Both the position numbers and the translations under genes were made by a program. Of a DNA stretch of 64,000 nucleotides, positions 46,555 through 57,169 are shown piece after piece. The notes below the pieces were generated by a model. The model ran no database searches and was not told the origin of the DNA. It worked only from the letters and a program-made list of their open reading frames with translations. This DNA is from an uncultured Chloroflexia bacterium (GTDB lineage Bacteria; Chloroflexota; Limnocylindria; Limnocylindrales; CSP1-4). Each line of letters starts with the position of its first letter. Positions within the stretch are counted from its first letter, which is position 1. The stretch is from the NCBI GenBank assembly GCA_963749705.1, contig CAVVNQ010000008.1:128001-192000 (forward strand). Direction: 5' to 3'.

Positions 46555-49467
46555 CGATCCAGCCGCGCGGCCAGGACCTCGGCGAGGTGGCGCGCGCGAC
46601 GCCCATCGAGGAACTCGACCTGGGTGCGGCAGCTGAAGCCATCAGCGAGGATCGCGTCGTCCCTGCCGGCCGCCCGAAGCGCGGGGAGCAGCGCCAGCTC
46701 CGCCACGGATCGGGAGATCGCCTCGTGACCCGCCTCCGCCCCGAAGCTGCCGGCAAGCCCGCAGCACCCGCTCAGCATCGGTGACGGCTCGATGCCCGCG
46801 GCCGCCATCACCCGCCGGTCGGCGTCCGTCCCGAGCACCGCCTGCTGGTGGCAGTGCGGCTGGACGAGCGCGGTCACCGGCTCGCCGGCCGGGCCCGCAT
46901 ACCCGGCGCGGTCGAGGACCTCGGCGAACGTGGTCACCCGCCGCGCGATCGAGGCGGCGCGGGCGTCGTCGGGCAGCAGCTCGACCAGGTCCCGGCGGAG
47001 CGTCGCCGCGCACGACGGCTCGAGGACGACGATCGGCTCGTCCCCGGCGAGCTCCGGCGCCGCGACGCTCGCCCGGAGCGAGGATCGCGCCCGGTCCAGC
47101 TGGCCGGTGGTGATCCAGGTGAGGCCGCAGCAGACCGGCGTCGAGGGAACGGCCACGTCGAGCCCGGCCGCGTCGAGCACGCGGACGGCGGCATCCGCGA
47201 CCTCGGGCGTGAGGTGATTGTTGAACGTGTCCGGCCACAGGACCACGCGGTCACGGCCGCCCGGCGGCGCGATGGACGACGCCCGGAACGAGGCGACGAA
47301 CGACCGACGCGCGATCCGGGGGATGCGCCGCTCTCCGGCCATCCCGGCCAGCAACGCGAACGTCCGGCGCGCGGGCCCGAACCCGGTGAGGGCATTGACC
47401 GCGCGCGCTGCGCCGGGAACCCGGTGGACCAGCCGCAGCCAGGTCGGCAGCCAGCCCAGCGAATAGTGCGTCCGCGGCCGCCGGCGGCCGCGATAGTGGT
47501 GATCGAGGAACTCCGCCTTGTAGGCCGCCATGTCGACGCCCGTCGGGCATTCGGTGGCGCACGCCCGGCACGACAGGCACAGGTCGAGCGCGTCGCGGAC
47601 CTCGGTCGAGCGCCAGCCATCGTCGGCCAGCGACCCGGCCATCATCTCCTGGAGCAGGCGCGAGCGGCCGCGCGTCGAGTGCCGCTCCTCGCCCGTCGCC
47701 CGGTAGCTCGGGCACAACAGCGCCGCGCCCTGGCGCGACACGCAACGACCGACGCCGATGCATCGCTCAACGGCCTGGCGGAGGTCACCCCCGTCCGCGG
47801 CGTGGGCGAACGCCGGATCGAGCGAGATCAGCGTCGGCCGCGGGCTGCGGAGGTCCTCGGTGAACGGCAGCGGGTCCACCACGATCCCGGGGTTGAGCAA
47901 CCCGGCCTCGTCCCAGATCGCCTTCCAGGTCCCGAACGCGGCGAGCAGCTCGGGGCTGAACATGCGCGGCAGGAGCTCGCTCCGCGCCCGGCCGTCGCCG
48001 TGCTCGCCGGACAGCGTTCCGCCGTGGGCGACGACGAGGTCGGCTGCCGCGGTCATGAACCCGGCCAGTCGCTCGACCCCACCCGGTCGGTCGAGCCCGA
48101 AGCCAACCCGGAGGTGGACGCAGCCCTCGCCGAAGTGCCCATACGTCGTGCCGCGCAGGTCGTGGTCGCGGAGCAGCGTCGTGATCGCGGTGAGATAGGC
48201 CGCCAGTCGATCCGGCGGCACGGCAGCGTCCTCGAGACCCGGCCACGCGGGCGAGCCGTCGGGGAGCCGTGCCGCCCGGCCGGCCCCGTCCTCGCGCACC
48301 GCCCACAGCAGCCGCTGTGCGGCCGGATCCTCGATCAGCACCGCCGTCCGATCGCCGATCCGCGTGTCGATCGCCGCCGCGAGCCGCGCCGCGTGGTCGC
48401 GGACCTGGACCGGCGTGTCGCCGCCGGCCTCGACCAGCAGCCACGCTCCGCCGGCCGGCAGCAGGCCGGGATCCCGCCACGCGGCCAGGAAGCCGGCCGT
48501 CAGGCTCTCGACGGTGAGCGGGTGCTCGGGAAGCAGCGCCGGGACCGCCGAGGCGGCGGCGATGTCGTCGTCGAAGGCGAGCACCAGCAGCGCGCGGTGG
48601 GCCGGCGGCCGGACCAGCGACATCGTCGCGGCCGACACCACGGCACATGTCCCCTCGGACCCGACCAGGGCTTTCGCGATGTCGAAGCCACGCTCCGGGA
48701 GCAGCCAGTCGAGGCCGTAGCCGGAGACGCGCCGCGGCCATGCCGGCAGCTCGCGGCGGATCAGCGCCTCGTGGGTCGCGACCAGGGCGCGCACCCGGCC
48801 ATCGATCCCGGGACCGAGGGGCAGGCGTCCGGGGGGAGCGGCATCCCCCGGGCTGCCCGCCAGCCTGCGGACACCGTCGGTCGTGATCAGCTCGAGGCCG
48901 AGGACGCTCTGGGCGGTCGTCCCCCACCGGACCGAATGCGACCCGCAGGCGTTGTTGCCGATCATCCCGCCCACCGTGCACCGGCTGTGCGTGGAGGGGT
49001 CGGGACCCACGCGCAGCCCGTGGGCGGCGGCGGCCGCATTGAGGTCGTCGAGGACGACGCCGGGCTGGACCGTCGCGGTCGCCGACTCGGGGTCGAGGTC
49101 GAGGATGGCGTCGAGGTGGCGCGAGGCATCGATGACCAGGCCTCGCCCGATCGCGTTGCCCGCGATGCTCGTCCCGGCGCCACGCATCGTGATCGGCACG
49201 CCCGCCTCGGCCGCCAGCGCGACCACGGCCGCCAGCTCATCGATCGTCCGTGGCGCGACGACGGCACCGGGCAGCACCCGGTAGCTCGACGCGTCCGACG
49301 CGTACAGCGCCCGGGCCTCGCGATCCGCACGCACCTCGCCGCCGATCGTGCGTCGCAGCCGCGGCAGCAGGCCCTCGACGGCGTCGGCGAGAGCGGCGTT
49401 CGAAAGATCGGGCCCGGCGACGGCGGTGATGACGGCCTCCCAGGACGTGGCGATGGGTGCGCGTCAA
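46551..49467 (-). CDS. FAD-binding and Fe-S-binding oxidoreductase (YdiJ/GlcD-GlcF fusion type); start uncertain
   Basis: YASDAS, RGAGTSIAG, GPDPST, NNACG, GEHGDG, CIGVGRC, CLSCRACATECP, CCG motifs. The frame is open to ~49462; the nearby TTG at 49467 is out of frame (likely indel). Confidence 0.9.
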
Positions 49468-49643
49468 GCGTAGGAGGGATGATCGACGTCCGTCGCGACC
49501 GCCCGCCCCGCCGGGTGCCCGTCATCGCGACCGGATCCGCGCACCAGGGCGGGGCTTGCCCGAGCCGTATCATTGGGACGCGGGCGCGCGACCGGCTGCC
49601 ATGCTCAGGCCCGCCGGATTCGTGCGTTGGCAGGACGAGCGCA

Positions 49644-50897
49644 ATGGAAGCTCCAGGCGATGCCGCCCGACGACCCCCCAGCGGGGTCAGGCGCGCGTCG
49701 CGGGCACTGGCCGTCGCGCGGATGCCACGGTTCAGGGCCAGACAGCGCCGACGGCTTCGCGACGCCGCGCGACAGGGCATGGTGTTCGTGGTTGCGGCTG
49801 CGATGCTCAACATCGCCGTGCTCGCACCGCTCCACCCAGATGCCCTGGCGGTCATCGTCGGGCTCAATGCCGCAATCGCGGTCGCCGCAACAGCCGGGTT
49901 CGCGGCCATCGCCACGGTCGCGCGGCGGCGTCCCTCGGTCGTCGTCTTTCTCGTCCTCGCCATGATCGACGTCGCCACGGTGGCCCTGGGCGTCAGTCAC
50001 CCGGTGCTCGTCGTGTTCGTCACCGGCTACCTCCTGCTGTTGCCGGTCATCGTTGCGCTCGTGGTTCCATGGCTCACCCGCGTCCACGCAACGTGGCTTG
50101 CCGCGCATGCCATCGCGATCGGGGGCTACATCGCGCTGGTGCCGCCAAGCTCCAGTGGCTTGGAGCTGGCGCCCGAGCTGCCGATCCTGCTCGTGGTGGC
50201 GACGGTCCTGAGCCTCCAGGGCCACATGGATGGGCTCCTGGCCCGCACCGAATCGTTCACCCAGATCGAGCAGATCCGGGCCCTCAACCGAGCGGCGCGG
50301 CGCAACGAGATGCGGCTCGACAGCCTGAACGTGGTGCTCGAGGAGTCTGCCCGGACGGATGAGCTGACCGGGCTCGGGAACCGGCTGAGCCTCAGATACG
50401 ACCTCGCCGGCATCCGTTCACGGATTGCACGGCACGGGGACAGGTATACGGTGCTGATGATCGACCTCGACCGGTTCAAGGCGATCAACGATCGGCTCGG
50501 TCACGTCGAGGGTGACCAGGTCCTCCGATCCGTCGCCGCATGCCTCGCGGCCGGTGTGCGAGGCGAGGACCGCGTGTACCGGTACGGTGGCGAGGAGTTC
50601 CTCGCGCTCATCCGGGTGACGAACCCCGAGGAAGCCCTGCTTGGCGCGGAGCGGATCCGACGGTCCGTGGAGGAGGTCGGCATCCCCCACCCCGCCAATC
50701 CGCCGCACAACGTGGTCACCGCATCGATCGGGGTCGCGATGATCGGGCCACAGGATCTCGGGCGAACGGACGACGCCTGGATCGCCCCGGCAGATGCCGC
50801 CCTGTTTCGCGCCAAGACGAACGGGCGAAACCGATGCGAGGTGGAGGACCCCGCACCCGGTGAACCGATCGGCATCGGGGGTGGCAGGATCACCTGA
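49644..50897 (+). CDS. Membrane-bound diguanylate cyclase
   Basis: Several TM helices, coiled coil, TDELTGLGNR, DLDRFKAIND, I-site RGED, RYGGEEF. Confidence 0.9.
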   Translation: MEAPGDAARRPPSGVRRASRALAVARMPRFRARQRRRLRDAARQGMVFVVAAAMLNIAVLAPLHPDALAVIVGLNAAIAVAATAGFAAIATVARRRPSVVVFLVLAMIDVATVALGVSHPVLVVFVTGYLLLLPVIVALVVPWLTRVHATWLAAHAIAIGGYIALVPPSSSGLELAPELPILLVVATVLSLQGHMDGLLARTESFTQIEQIRALNRAARRNEMRLDSLNVVLEESARTDELTGLGNRLSLRYDLAGIRSRIARHGDRYTVLMIDLDRFKAINDRLGHVEGDQVLRSVAACLAAGVRGEDRVYRYGGEEFLALIRVTNPEEALLGAERIRRSVEEVGIPHPANPPHNVVTASIGVAMIGPQDLGRTDDAWIAPADAALFRAKTNGRNRCEVEDPAPGEPIGIGGGRIT

Positions 50898-50919
50898 CGC
50901 GCGGTTGACGGGGTTCCGC

Positions 50920-50945
50920 TTGCATGCGATAGTTGCACGTGCAAC
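50920..50945. promoter_or_regulatory. Palindromic operator upstream of pirin
   Basis: Perfect 14-bp GTTGCACGTGCAAC (50932-50945), preceded by the related TTGCATGCGAT. Confidence 0.6.
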
Positions 50946-50965
50946 CACCGCTCAGGAACACGATC

Positions 50966-51976
50966 ATGCCCGCCGTCACCGTCGACGACATCACCGTCCT
51001 CCCCCGCATCCCCGTCCCCGACCCGATGGCCGCCACCCAGCGGCCCGTCCGTGGCCTGACCAGTGCGCCCAGCGCGTTCGAGGGCGAGGGCTTCCCCGTC
51101 CGGCGCGCGTTCGCGGGCGTCCTGCTCGAGGACCTCGACCCGTTCATCCACCTCGACCAGATGGGCGAGGTCGAGTACGCACCGGGCGAGCCCAAGGGCA
51201 CGCCGTGGCACCCGCATCGCGGCTTCGAGACGGTCACCTACATGCTCGACGGCACGTTCGAGCACCAGGACTCGAACGGCGGCGGCGGCGTGATCACCAA
51301 CGGCGACACGCAGTGGATGACCGCCGGCGCGGGCATCCTCCACATCGAGCGCCCGCCGGAGTGGCTGGTCGCCGCGGGCGGGCTGTTCCACGGGTTCCAG
51401 CTGTGGGTCAACCTGCCGCGGACGCAGAAGCTCGCCCTGCCGCGGTACCAGGACATCCGCGCCAGCGAGGTCGCGCTGCTGTCATCGCACGACGGCGGTG
51501 CGCTGGTACGCGTCATCGCGGGCGACGTCGCGGGCCACGCGGGACCCGGCTCGACCTACACGCCGATGACGCTCGTCCATGCGACCCTCAGCCCCGGTGC
51601 CAGGCTCGAGCTGCCGTGGCGGCCCGACTACAACGCCCTCGCCTACGTCCTCGCCGGGCATGGGACCGTGGGCGCCGAGGGCCGGCCCGCCCGGCTGGGC
51701 CAGCTGGCGGTGTTCGGGCCGGGCGATGCGCTGGCCTTCGAGGCGGACCGGGTCCAGGAAAGCCGCGCGCCCAACCTCGACGTCCTCGTGCTCGGCGGCC
51801 GCCCGATCCGCGAACCGGTGGCGTGGATGGGACCGTTCGTGATGAACACCCGCGAGGAGGTCATCCAGGCGTTCTCGGACTACCAGGCGGGACGCCTGGG
51901 ATCGGTCCCGGCGGTGCACAACGCACCCAACACGCTGGTCGAGACGCGCCGTGCCGAGGACGGATCCTCGGCCTGA
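50966..51976 (+). CDS. Pirin family protein
   Basis: EGEGFPVRR, DPFIHLDQM, HPHRGFETVTY, GILHIE, GPFVMNT. Confidence 0.95.
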   Translation: MPAVTVDDITVLPRIPVPDPMAATQRPVRGLTSAPSAFEGEGFPVRRAFAGVLLEDLDPFIHLDQMGEVEYAPGEPKGTPWHPHRGFETVTYMLDGTFEHQDSNGGGGVITNGDTQWMTAGAGILHIERPPEWLVAAGGLFHGFQLWVNLPRTQKLALPRYQDIRASEVALLSSHDGGALVRVIAGDVAGHAGPGSTYTPMTLVHATLSPGARLELPWRPDYNALAYVLAGHGTVGAEGRPARLGQLAVFGPGDALAFEADRVQESRAPNLDVLVLGGRPIREPVAWMGPFVMNTREEVIQAFSDYQAGRLGSVPAVHNAPNTLVETRRAEDGSSA

Positions 51977-51992
51977 GCGCCGGAGCGTCGAC

Positions 51993-52529
51993 CTAGCCGG
52001 TCATCCGGGCGCGGCCACCCGCGTGGTAGCGGTCCATCAGCTGGGCCACCGCGTCGCGCGCCGCGCGCCACTCCTCCTGGTCCCCGAAGATGTCGGGGTC
52101 GCGGCCCCATCGCTGGAGCTGCGTCATGGCCATCACGATCGCGTTGTGCTGCGCGAGGCGGTTCCGGCCGGCATCGACCACGCCCGTGACCAGGTAGCGC
52201 CGGACCAGGTCGAACGGTGCCTGCCAGTGCCCGATCCGGATCCGATCGTGCTGCCGAAGCGTCTCCAGCCACGCGTCGTCGCCCACCGGGTATCGCTCGT
52301 GCTCGTCGACGTGGGCGTTGATGTCGAGCCGGAACCCGGGCCGGGCCATCGACGGCAGGCGGCCGTCATCGTCGGTCGACCGATAGCACACGGGGCACGT
52401 GGCCAGCTTTGCGAACTCGGGCGGGGCGTCCCCGAACCTGACGCCGCAGCGCCGGCAGATCTGGGCACCGGCACGGGTCGCGACGGTGCCGCACTGGAGG
52501 CAGACGAGATCGGCGGTCGGTGCCGGCAT
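51993..52529 (-). CDS. Hypothetical zinc-binding protein
   Basis: CLQC...CRRC and CPVC...HVDEH; SD AGGAG upstream. Confidence 0.7.
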   Translation of the reverse strand: MPAPTADLVCLQCGTVATRAGAQICRRCGVRFGDAPPEFAKLATCPVCYRSTDDDGRLPSMARPGFRLDINAHVDEHERYPVGDDAWLETLRQHDRIRIGHWQAPFDLVRRYLVTGVVDAGRNRLAQHNAIVMAMTQLQRWGRDPDIFGDQEEWRAARDAVAQLMDRYHAGGRARMTG

Positions 52530-52675
52530 GAGGTCTCCTGGGGTCCGGGAACGGGTGGGTGGAACGCGCTCGACCCATCGTCGGGCACGACGAGGCCGGC
52601 GGCGAGCGGCGATTCGGTCCCGGTGCCCATCCCCCGAATGGGGTAAGCCGTGCTCCCGGGAGCACGCTCGTCCCC

Positions 52676-54373
52676 TCAGCGAGCGACGGCGGCCTCGATG
52701 ATCGCGCCGGCTTCGTCCAGGATCCGCGCCAGGTGCGCCTCGCCGCGGAAGCTCTCCGCGTACAGCTTGGTCACGTTCTCGGTCCCCGACGGGCGGGCGG
52801 CGAACCAGCCCTCGGTGCTCACCACCTTGAGGCCGCCGATCGGAGCGTCATTGCCGGGGGCTCGGGTCAGCTTCGCCGTGATCGGATCGCCGGCGAGGGT
52901 GGTCGCCCGGACCGCATCCGGGGTCAGCCGCTCCAGTGCGGCCTTGAGCTCGGGGGTTGCCGGGGCGTCGATCCGGCGGTACGCGGGCGCACCGAACCGG
53001 GCCGTCAGCCCCGCGTAGACCTCGGCCGGGTTGCGGCCCAGCCGCGCCGTCAGCTCGGCCGCGAGCAGGCACGCGGTGATGCCGTCCTTGTCCGTCGTCC
53101 AGACGCTGCCGTCGAGGCGCAGGAAGGAGGCGCCGGCGCTCTCCTCGCCGCCGAACCCGATGGTTCCCTCGACCAGCCCGTCCACGAACCACTTGAAGCC
53201 CACCGGGACCTCGACCAGGCGGCGACCGAGGTCGGCCACCACCCGATCGATGATCGAGGACGAGACGAGGGTCTTGCCGACGGCGACGTCGGCGCCCCAT
53301 CGGCGATGGCCGCCGAACAGGTACGAGATCGCCGCCGCCAGGACGTGATTGGGGTTCATCAGCCCGCTCCCCGGGACGACGATCCCGTGGCGGTCGGCGT
53401 CGGTGTCGTTGCCCAGGGCGAGGTCGAACCGGTCGCGAAGCTCGACGAGGCGCGCCATCGCGAACGGCGAGGATGGGTCCATCCGGATCCGGCCGTCCCA
53501 GTCGAGGGTCATGAACCCGAACTGGGGATCGACGGCGTCGTTGGTCACGGTGAGGTCGAGCCCGTACCGCTCGCCGATCGCGCCCCAGTAGTCGACCGCC
53601 GCGCCGCCCAGCGGATCGACGCCCAGGTGCAGGCCGGAGGCGGCGATCGCGGCCATGTCCACCACGTGCTCGAGGTCCGCGACGTACGTGCCCAGGAAGT
53701 CGTGGGGCGTTGCCTGGGCGCGCGCGCGTTCGAACGGCACCCGCGGGATGCCGGCCAGCCCGTCCGAGCCGCGCGCCTCGAGGATCCGGTTCGCCTCGTC
53801 CTGGATCCACCGCGTCACGTCGGTGTCGGCCGGCCCGCCGTTCGGTGGGTTGTACTTGAACCCGCCGTCCTCGGGCGGGTTGTGCGACGGCGTGACCACG
53901 ATCCCGTCCGCGAGGCGACGCCGACCGCCGTTGCCTCGATCCGCGCGGCCGCGGTCGTTGTGCGCGGGGTCGCCGTCGCGGTTGGCGACCAGGATCGCGT
54001 GCGACACCGCTGGCGTGGGCGTATATCGATCCGCGCTGTCGACGCGGACGTCGACCTCGTGCGCGGCGAGCACCTCGAGCGCCGTGCGCCAGGCGGGCTC
54101 GGACAGCCCGTGCGTGTCGCGGCCGATGAACAGGGGGCCGGTGTAGCCCTGCGACGCCCGATAGCGGCAGATCGCCTCGGTCGTGGCCAGGATGTGGTCC
54201 TCGTTGAACGCCGCGTTGAAGGCCGAACCCCGGTGACCGGACGTCCCGAACGCGACCCGCTGGGCCGGGTCCGAGGGATCGGGGTGGACGTCCCGGTAGG
54301 CTGCCAGCAGGGCGTCGACGTCGACCAGGTCGGATGGACGGGCAGGCTGGCCGGCGCGCTCTTGCTGCGGCAT
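52676..54373 (-). CDS. pgm: Phosphoglucomutase
   Basis: [32 protein letters not shown]. Confidence 0.95.
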   Translation of the reverse strand: MPQQERAGQPARPSDLVDVDALLAAYRDVHPDPSDPAQRVAFGTSGHRGSAFNAAFNEDHILATTEAICRYRASQGYTGPLFIGRDTHGLSEPAWRTALEVLAAHEVDVRVDSADRYTPTPAVSHAILVANRDGDPAHNDRGRADRGNGGRRRLADGIVVTPSHNPPEDGGFKYNPPNGGPADTDVTRWIQDEANRILEARGSDGLAGIPRVPFERARAQATPHDFLGTYVADLEHVVDMAAIAASGLHLGVDPLGGAAVDYWGAIGERYGLDLTVTNDAVDPQFGFMTLDWDGRIRMDPSSPFAMARLVELRDRFDLALGNDTDADRHGIVVPGSGLMNPNHVLAAAISYLFGGHRRWGADVAVGKTLVSSSIIDRVVADLGRRLVEVPVGFKWFVDGLVEGTIGFGGEESAGASFLRLDGSVWTTDKDGITACLLAAELTARLGRNPAEVYAGLTARFGAPAYRRIDAPATPELKAALERLTPDAVRATTLAGDPITAKLTRAPGNDAPIGGLKVVSTEGWFAARPSGTENVTKLYAESFRGEAHLARILDEAGAIIEAAVAR

Positions 54374-54507
54374 GCGGACCTCGATGTGGGGCGGGACGGC
54401 CCCACGATACCGCTGCGGCCGAGCGTCCGCGCCTCACTGGCTGTCCGACGGCGAGCCGCGCGAACGTCGGCGCGCCCGCCGGGCGGACGTCGACGCGCGC
54501 CGGCACC

Positions 54508-54788
54508 GAGCGTGGTCTGGCAGGCCACGTAACCGGGCTGGCCGGGGCCGGCACGCGCCCGCCGAGCGAGAGCGTGGCGCGGCAGGCCACGTAACCGGGC
54601 TGGCCGGGGCCGGCGCGAGTCCGCAGGGCGAGATCGTTGCCTGGCGGGCCACGAAACCGCGGTTGACCGGGGCGGGCCGGGGCTGGCGCGCGCCCGCCGA
54701 GCGAGATCGTGGCGCGGCAGGCCACGAAACCGGGCTTACCCGTGCTGACGCGTGCTCACACGGCGAGATCGTGGCCGCATAGGCCACG
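54508..54788. repeat. Intergenic array of five hairpin-containing repeats, period 62 bp (one 73 bp); REP/BIME-like
   Basis: CGTGGC-N7-GCCACG-type stems start at 54511, 54573, 54635, 54708 and 54770, each preceded by GAG/GAT; the first four are followed by (A/T)AACCG. Confidence 0.85.
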
Positions 54789-54842
54789 CCGGATCGGGCC
54801 GCGCGCGACCGCGGATCTACGATCGGCGATCCGCGACGCGGC

Positions 54843-55616
54843 TCAGATCCGCGACGCGCCCACCAGCTCCGGCTGCGCCTCGGCGATTGCCGCAACCAGC
54901 GGTGCCATCAGCGGTGCCACCGGCGTCGGCCCCTGCACGATCCCGTCGCGCATCCGGATCACGCGGTCGCAGGCCTCGGCCACCTCCGGATCGTGGGTCA
55001 CCAGGATGAAGGTCTGGCCCTGCTCGCGGTTGAACCGGCGCAGGATCCGGAGCACCTCCACCGAGCGCTCGGTGTCGAGGTTTCCGGTGGGCTCGTCGGC
55101 GAGCACCAGGCCGGGCCGGTTGACGAGCGCCCGGGCCAGGGCTACGCGCTGCTGCTCGCCGCCCGACAGCTCGGCGGGCCGGTGGCCCTGGCGATCGGCG
55201 AGCCCGACCAGCGTCAGCGCGTCCATCGATGCGGTCCTGGCCGCGGCTCCCCGGACCCCGGCGTAGTCGCACGCGAGGGCCACGTTCTCGAGCGCGGTCA
55301 TCGTCGGCACGAGGTTGAAGTCCTGGAACACGAAGCCCATCGCCTGGGCTCGGATGCGCGTTCGCTCACGCTCGCCGAGGTCGATCACGTCCCGCCCGTC
55401 GAACCGCAACCGGGGCTTGGCCTCGGCATCGAGGTCGGGCGCGTGGAGCAGCCCCAGGATGTGCATCAGCGTGCTCTTGCCCGAGCCGGACGGCCCGATG
55501 ATCGCGACCATCTCGCCGCGCTCGATCGATACGTCCACCCCGCGCAGCGCTTCCACGAAGTTGCGCCGGCCGAGCCGGTACGTCTTGCGGAGGTTGGAGC
55601 CTTCGAGGAATGCCAT
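54843..55616 (-). CDS. ABC transporter ATP-binding protein (LolD/MacB type)
   Basis: GPSGSGKST, LSGGEQQRVA, ADEPTGNLD, VTHD. Confidence 0.93.
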   Translation of the reverse strand: MAFLEGSNLRKTYRLGRRNFVEALRGVDVSIERGEMVAIIGPSGSGKSTLMHILGLLHAPDLDAEAKPRLRFDGRDVIDLGERERTRIRAQAMGFVFQDFNLVPTMTALENVALACDYAGVRGAAARTASMDALTLVGLADRQGHRPAELSGGEQQRVALARALVNRPGLVLADEPTGNLDTERSVEVLRILRRFNREQGQTFILVTHDPEVAEACDRVIRMRDGIVQGPTPVAPLMAPLVAAIAEAQPELVGASRI

Positions 55617-55647
55617 CAGTCGATCCCCTCGTCGCGTCGCTGCGCGG

Positions 55648-56820
55648 TCATTCGTATCGGAGGGCGGTGACGGGGTCGAGCCGGGCCGCGTGCACCGCGG
55701 GAACCAGCCCGGCCACGGCGCCGAGGATGGTCGAGAACAGGACCGCGCCGATCGCGGTGCCGGTGGTGAGCTGGAACAGGACGGTCCCGGAGGAGCGACC
55801 CGACTCGTTGGCAACCACCACGACCAGGGCGCCCAGCCCGAGGCCGATCGCCCCGCCGATGAAGCCGATCAGGCCCGCCTCGAACACGAGCTCGCGGACG
55901 ATCCGGATCCGGCTGCCGCCGATCGCGCGCTTGATCCCGATCTCGCGCGTGCGCTCCGCGATCGACATCGCCATCGTGTTCACGACGGACAGGCCGCCGA
56001 CGACCAGGCTGATCAGCGCGATCCCGACCAGGATCGAGTTGAGGATCGAGGTCGCGGACCCGATCTGCTGGTCGAAGTCCTTGCCGGTCATGGCTGCGAC
56101 GCCCGGCACCTGGGCCTCGATCCGGTCGGCGAGGACCTCAATGTCCACGCCCGGCTCGGGATACACCGTCATGGTGGTCGCCAGCCGGTATGGGTCTAGC
56201 GGGCCCTGCACCACGGGCGGCAGCGACCGGTACAGCAGCAGCTGCGCGGCACGGAGCGGGACGGAGGCCGCCTGGTCCGGTGCGGTCAGGGTGGGTTCCA
56301 TGATGCCGACGACCGTGAACGTCGAGCCACGCAGGTCGATCGTGTCCCCCACGTGCTTGTCGTACTTGCGGGCGATGTCCGACCCGAGGACCGTGACCAG
56401 CGCGCTGGCGTCATCGGCCGTGAGGGCGCGCCCTTCCGCGTAGTGGATCTCGAACGTGTCCATGCCCTTGTCGGAGCCGAACTCGGCACCGTCGATCATC
56501 GGCGGGACGCCCATCGTGATCGCGCTCTGATCGCCCATCAGCACCATGACCGCGGGCTGGACGGCGGCGACGCCATCGATCTTTCGCACGTCGTCGGCTT
56601 TCGAGATCGCCATCGGCACCGCCGAGAAGCCGCCCATCGATCCGGCGCTGTCGCTCAGCGAGATCTTGTCCGCGTAGTAGCTGCTGCCGCCCTCGACCAG
56701 GGCGCTGATCTTGTTGGCCATCGAGCCGAACACGACCAGCGCCCAGATGCCGATCGTGATGCCCAGGATGGTCAGGGCCGTCCGCACCGGACGACGCCCA
56801 AGGTCCCGTACGTGACTCAT
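55648..56820 (-). CDS. MacB/FtsX-like ABC permease
   Basis: RTALTILGITIG, ERTREIGIKRAIG, AARLDPVTALRYE. Confidence 0.92.
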   Translation of the reverse strand: MSHVRDLGRRPVRTALTILGITIGIWALVVFGSMANKISALVEGGSSYYADKISLSDSAGSMGGFSAVPMAISKADDVRKIDGVAAVQPAVMVLMGDQSAITMGVPPMIDGAEFGSDKGMDTFEIHYAEGRALTADDASALVTVLGSDIARKYDKHVGDTIDLRGSTFTVVGIMEPTLTAPDQAASVPLRAAQLLLYRSLPPVVQGPLDPYRLATTMTVYPEPGVDIEVLADRIEAQVPGVAAMTGKDFDQQIGSATSILNSILVGIALISLVVGGLSVVNTMAMSIAERTREIGIKRAIGGSRIRIVRELVFEAGLIGFIGGAIGLGLGALVVVVANESGRSSGTVLFQLTTGTAIGAVLFSTILGAVAGLVPAVHAARLDPVTALRYE

Positions 56821-57169
56821 CGTGACTCCGCCTGCCGCTCGCGCGGACGCTGTCCGGGAACAGGGTCCCTCCCGCCGGGCGGGCTGGGGGAGCGCGTACC
56901 GATCCGGCGCCGAAATGCTAGGAATGGGCGCCATCCCCGAGGAAGGGCCGATCCGCCCATCCACGGGATCCGTGATTCCCGGCGATGGGCCCGCGACCCC
57001 GCAACTCCGGCGATGACGTTGCGTCCGGGGGTGTCGGGCTCGTAGGATGGACGGCAACCCGAGCCAGCACCTCGTACGGGGCTCGTTCGAGTCCGCCGAA
57101 CGGCGCGTCCGTAGCGGCGGCCGAATGCATGAGCCCGCGATGACCTCAGGCCGGGTCGGAGGTACGCAC

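Noticed and set aside
37150-52600. Genomic island integrated at tRNA-His
   Set aside because: No integrase, no duplicated tRNA 3' end seen by eye, and no obvious composition shift.
54508-54788. CRISPR array
   Set aside because: The repeats are degenerate, the linkers are homologous to each other rather than unique, there is no AT-rich leader, and no cas gene in the window.
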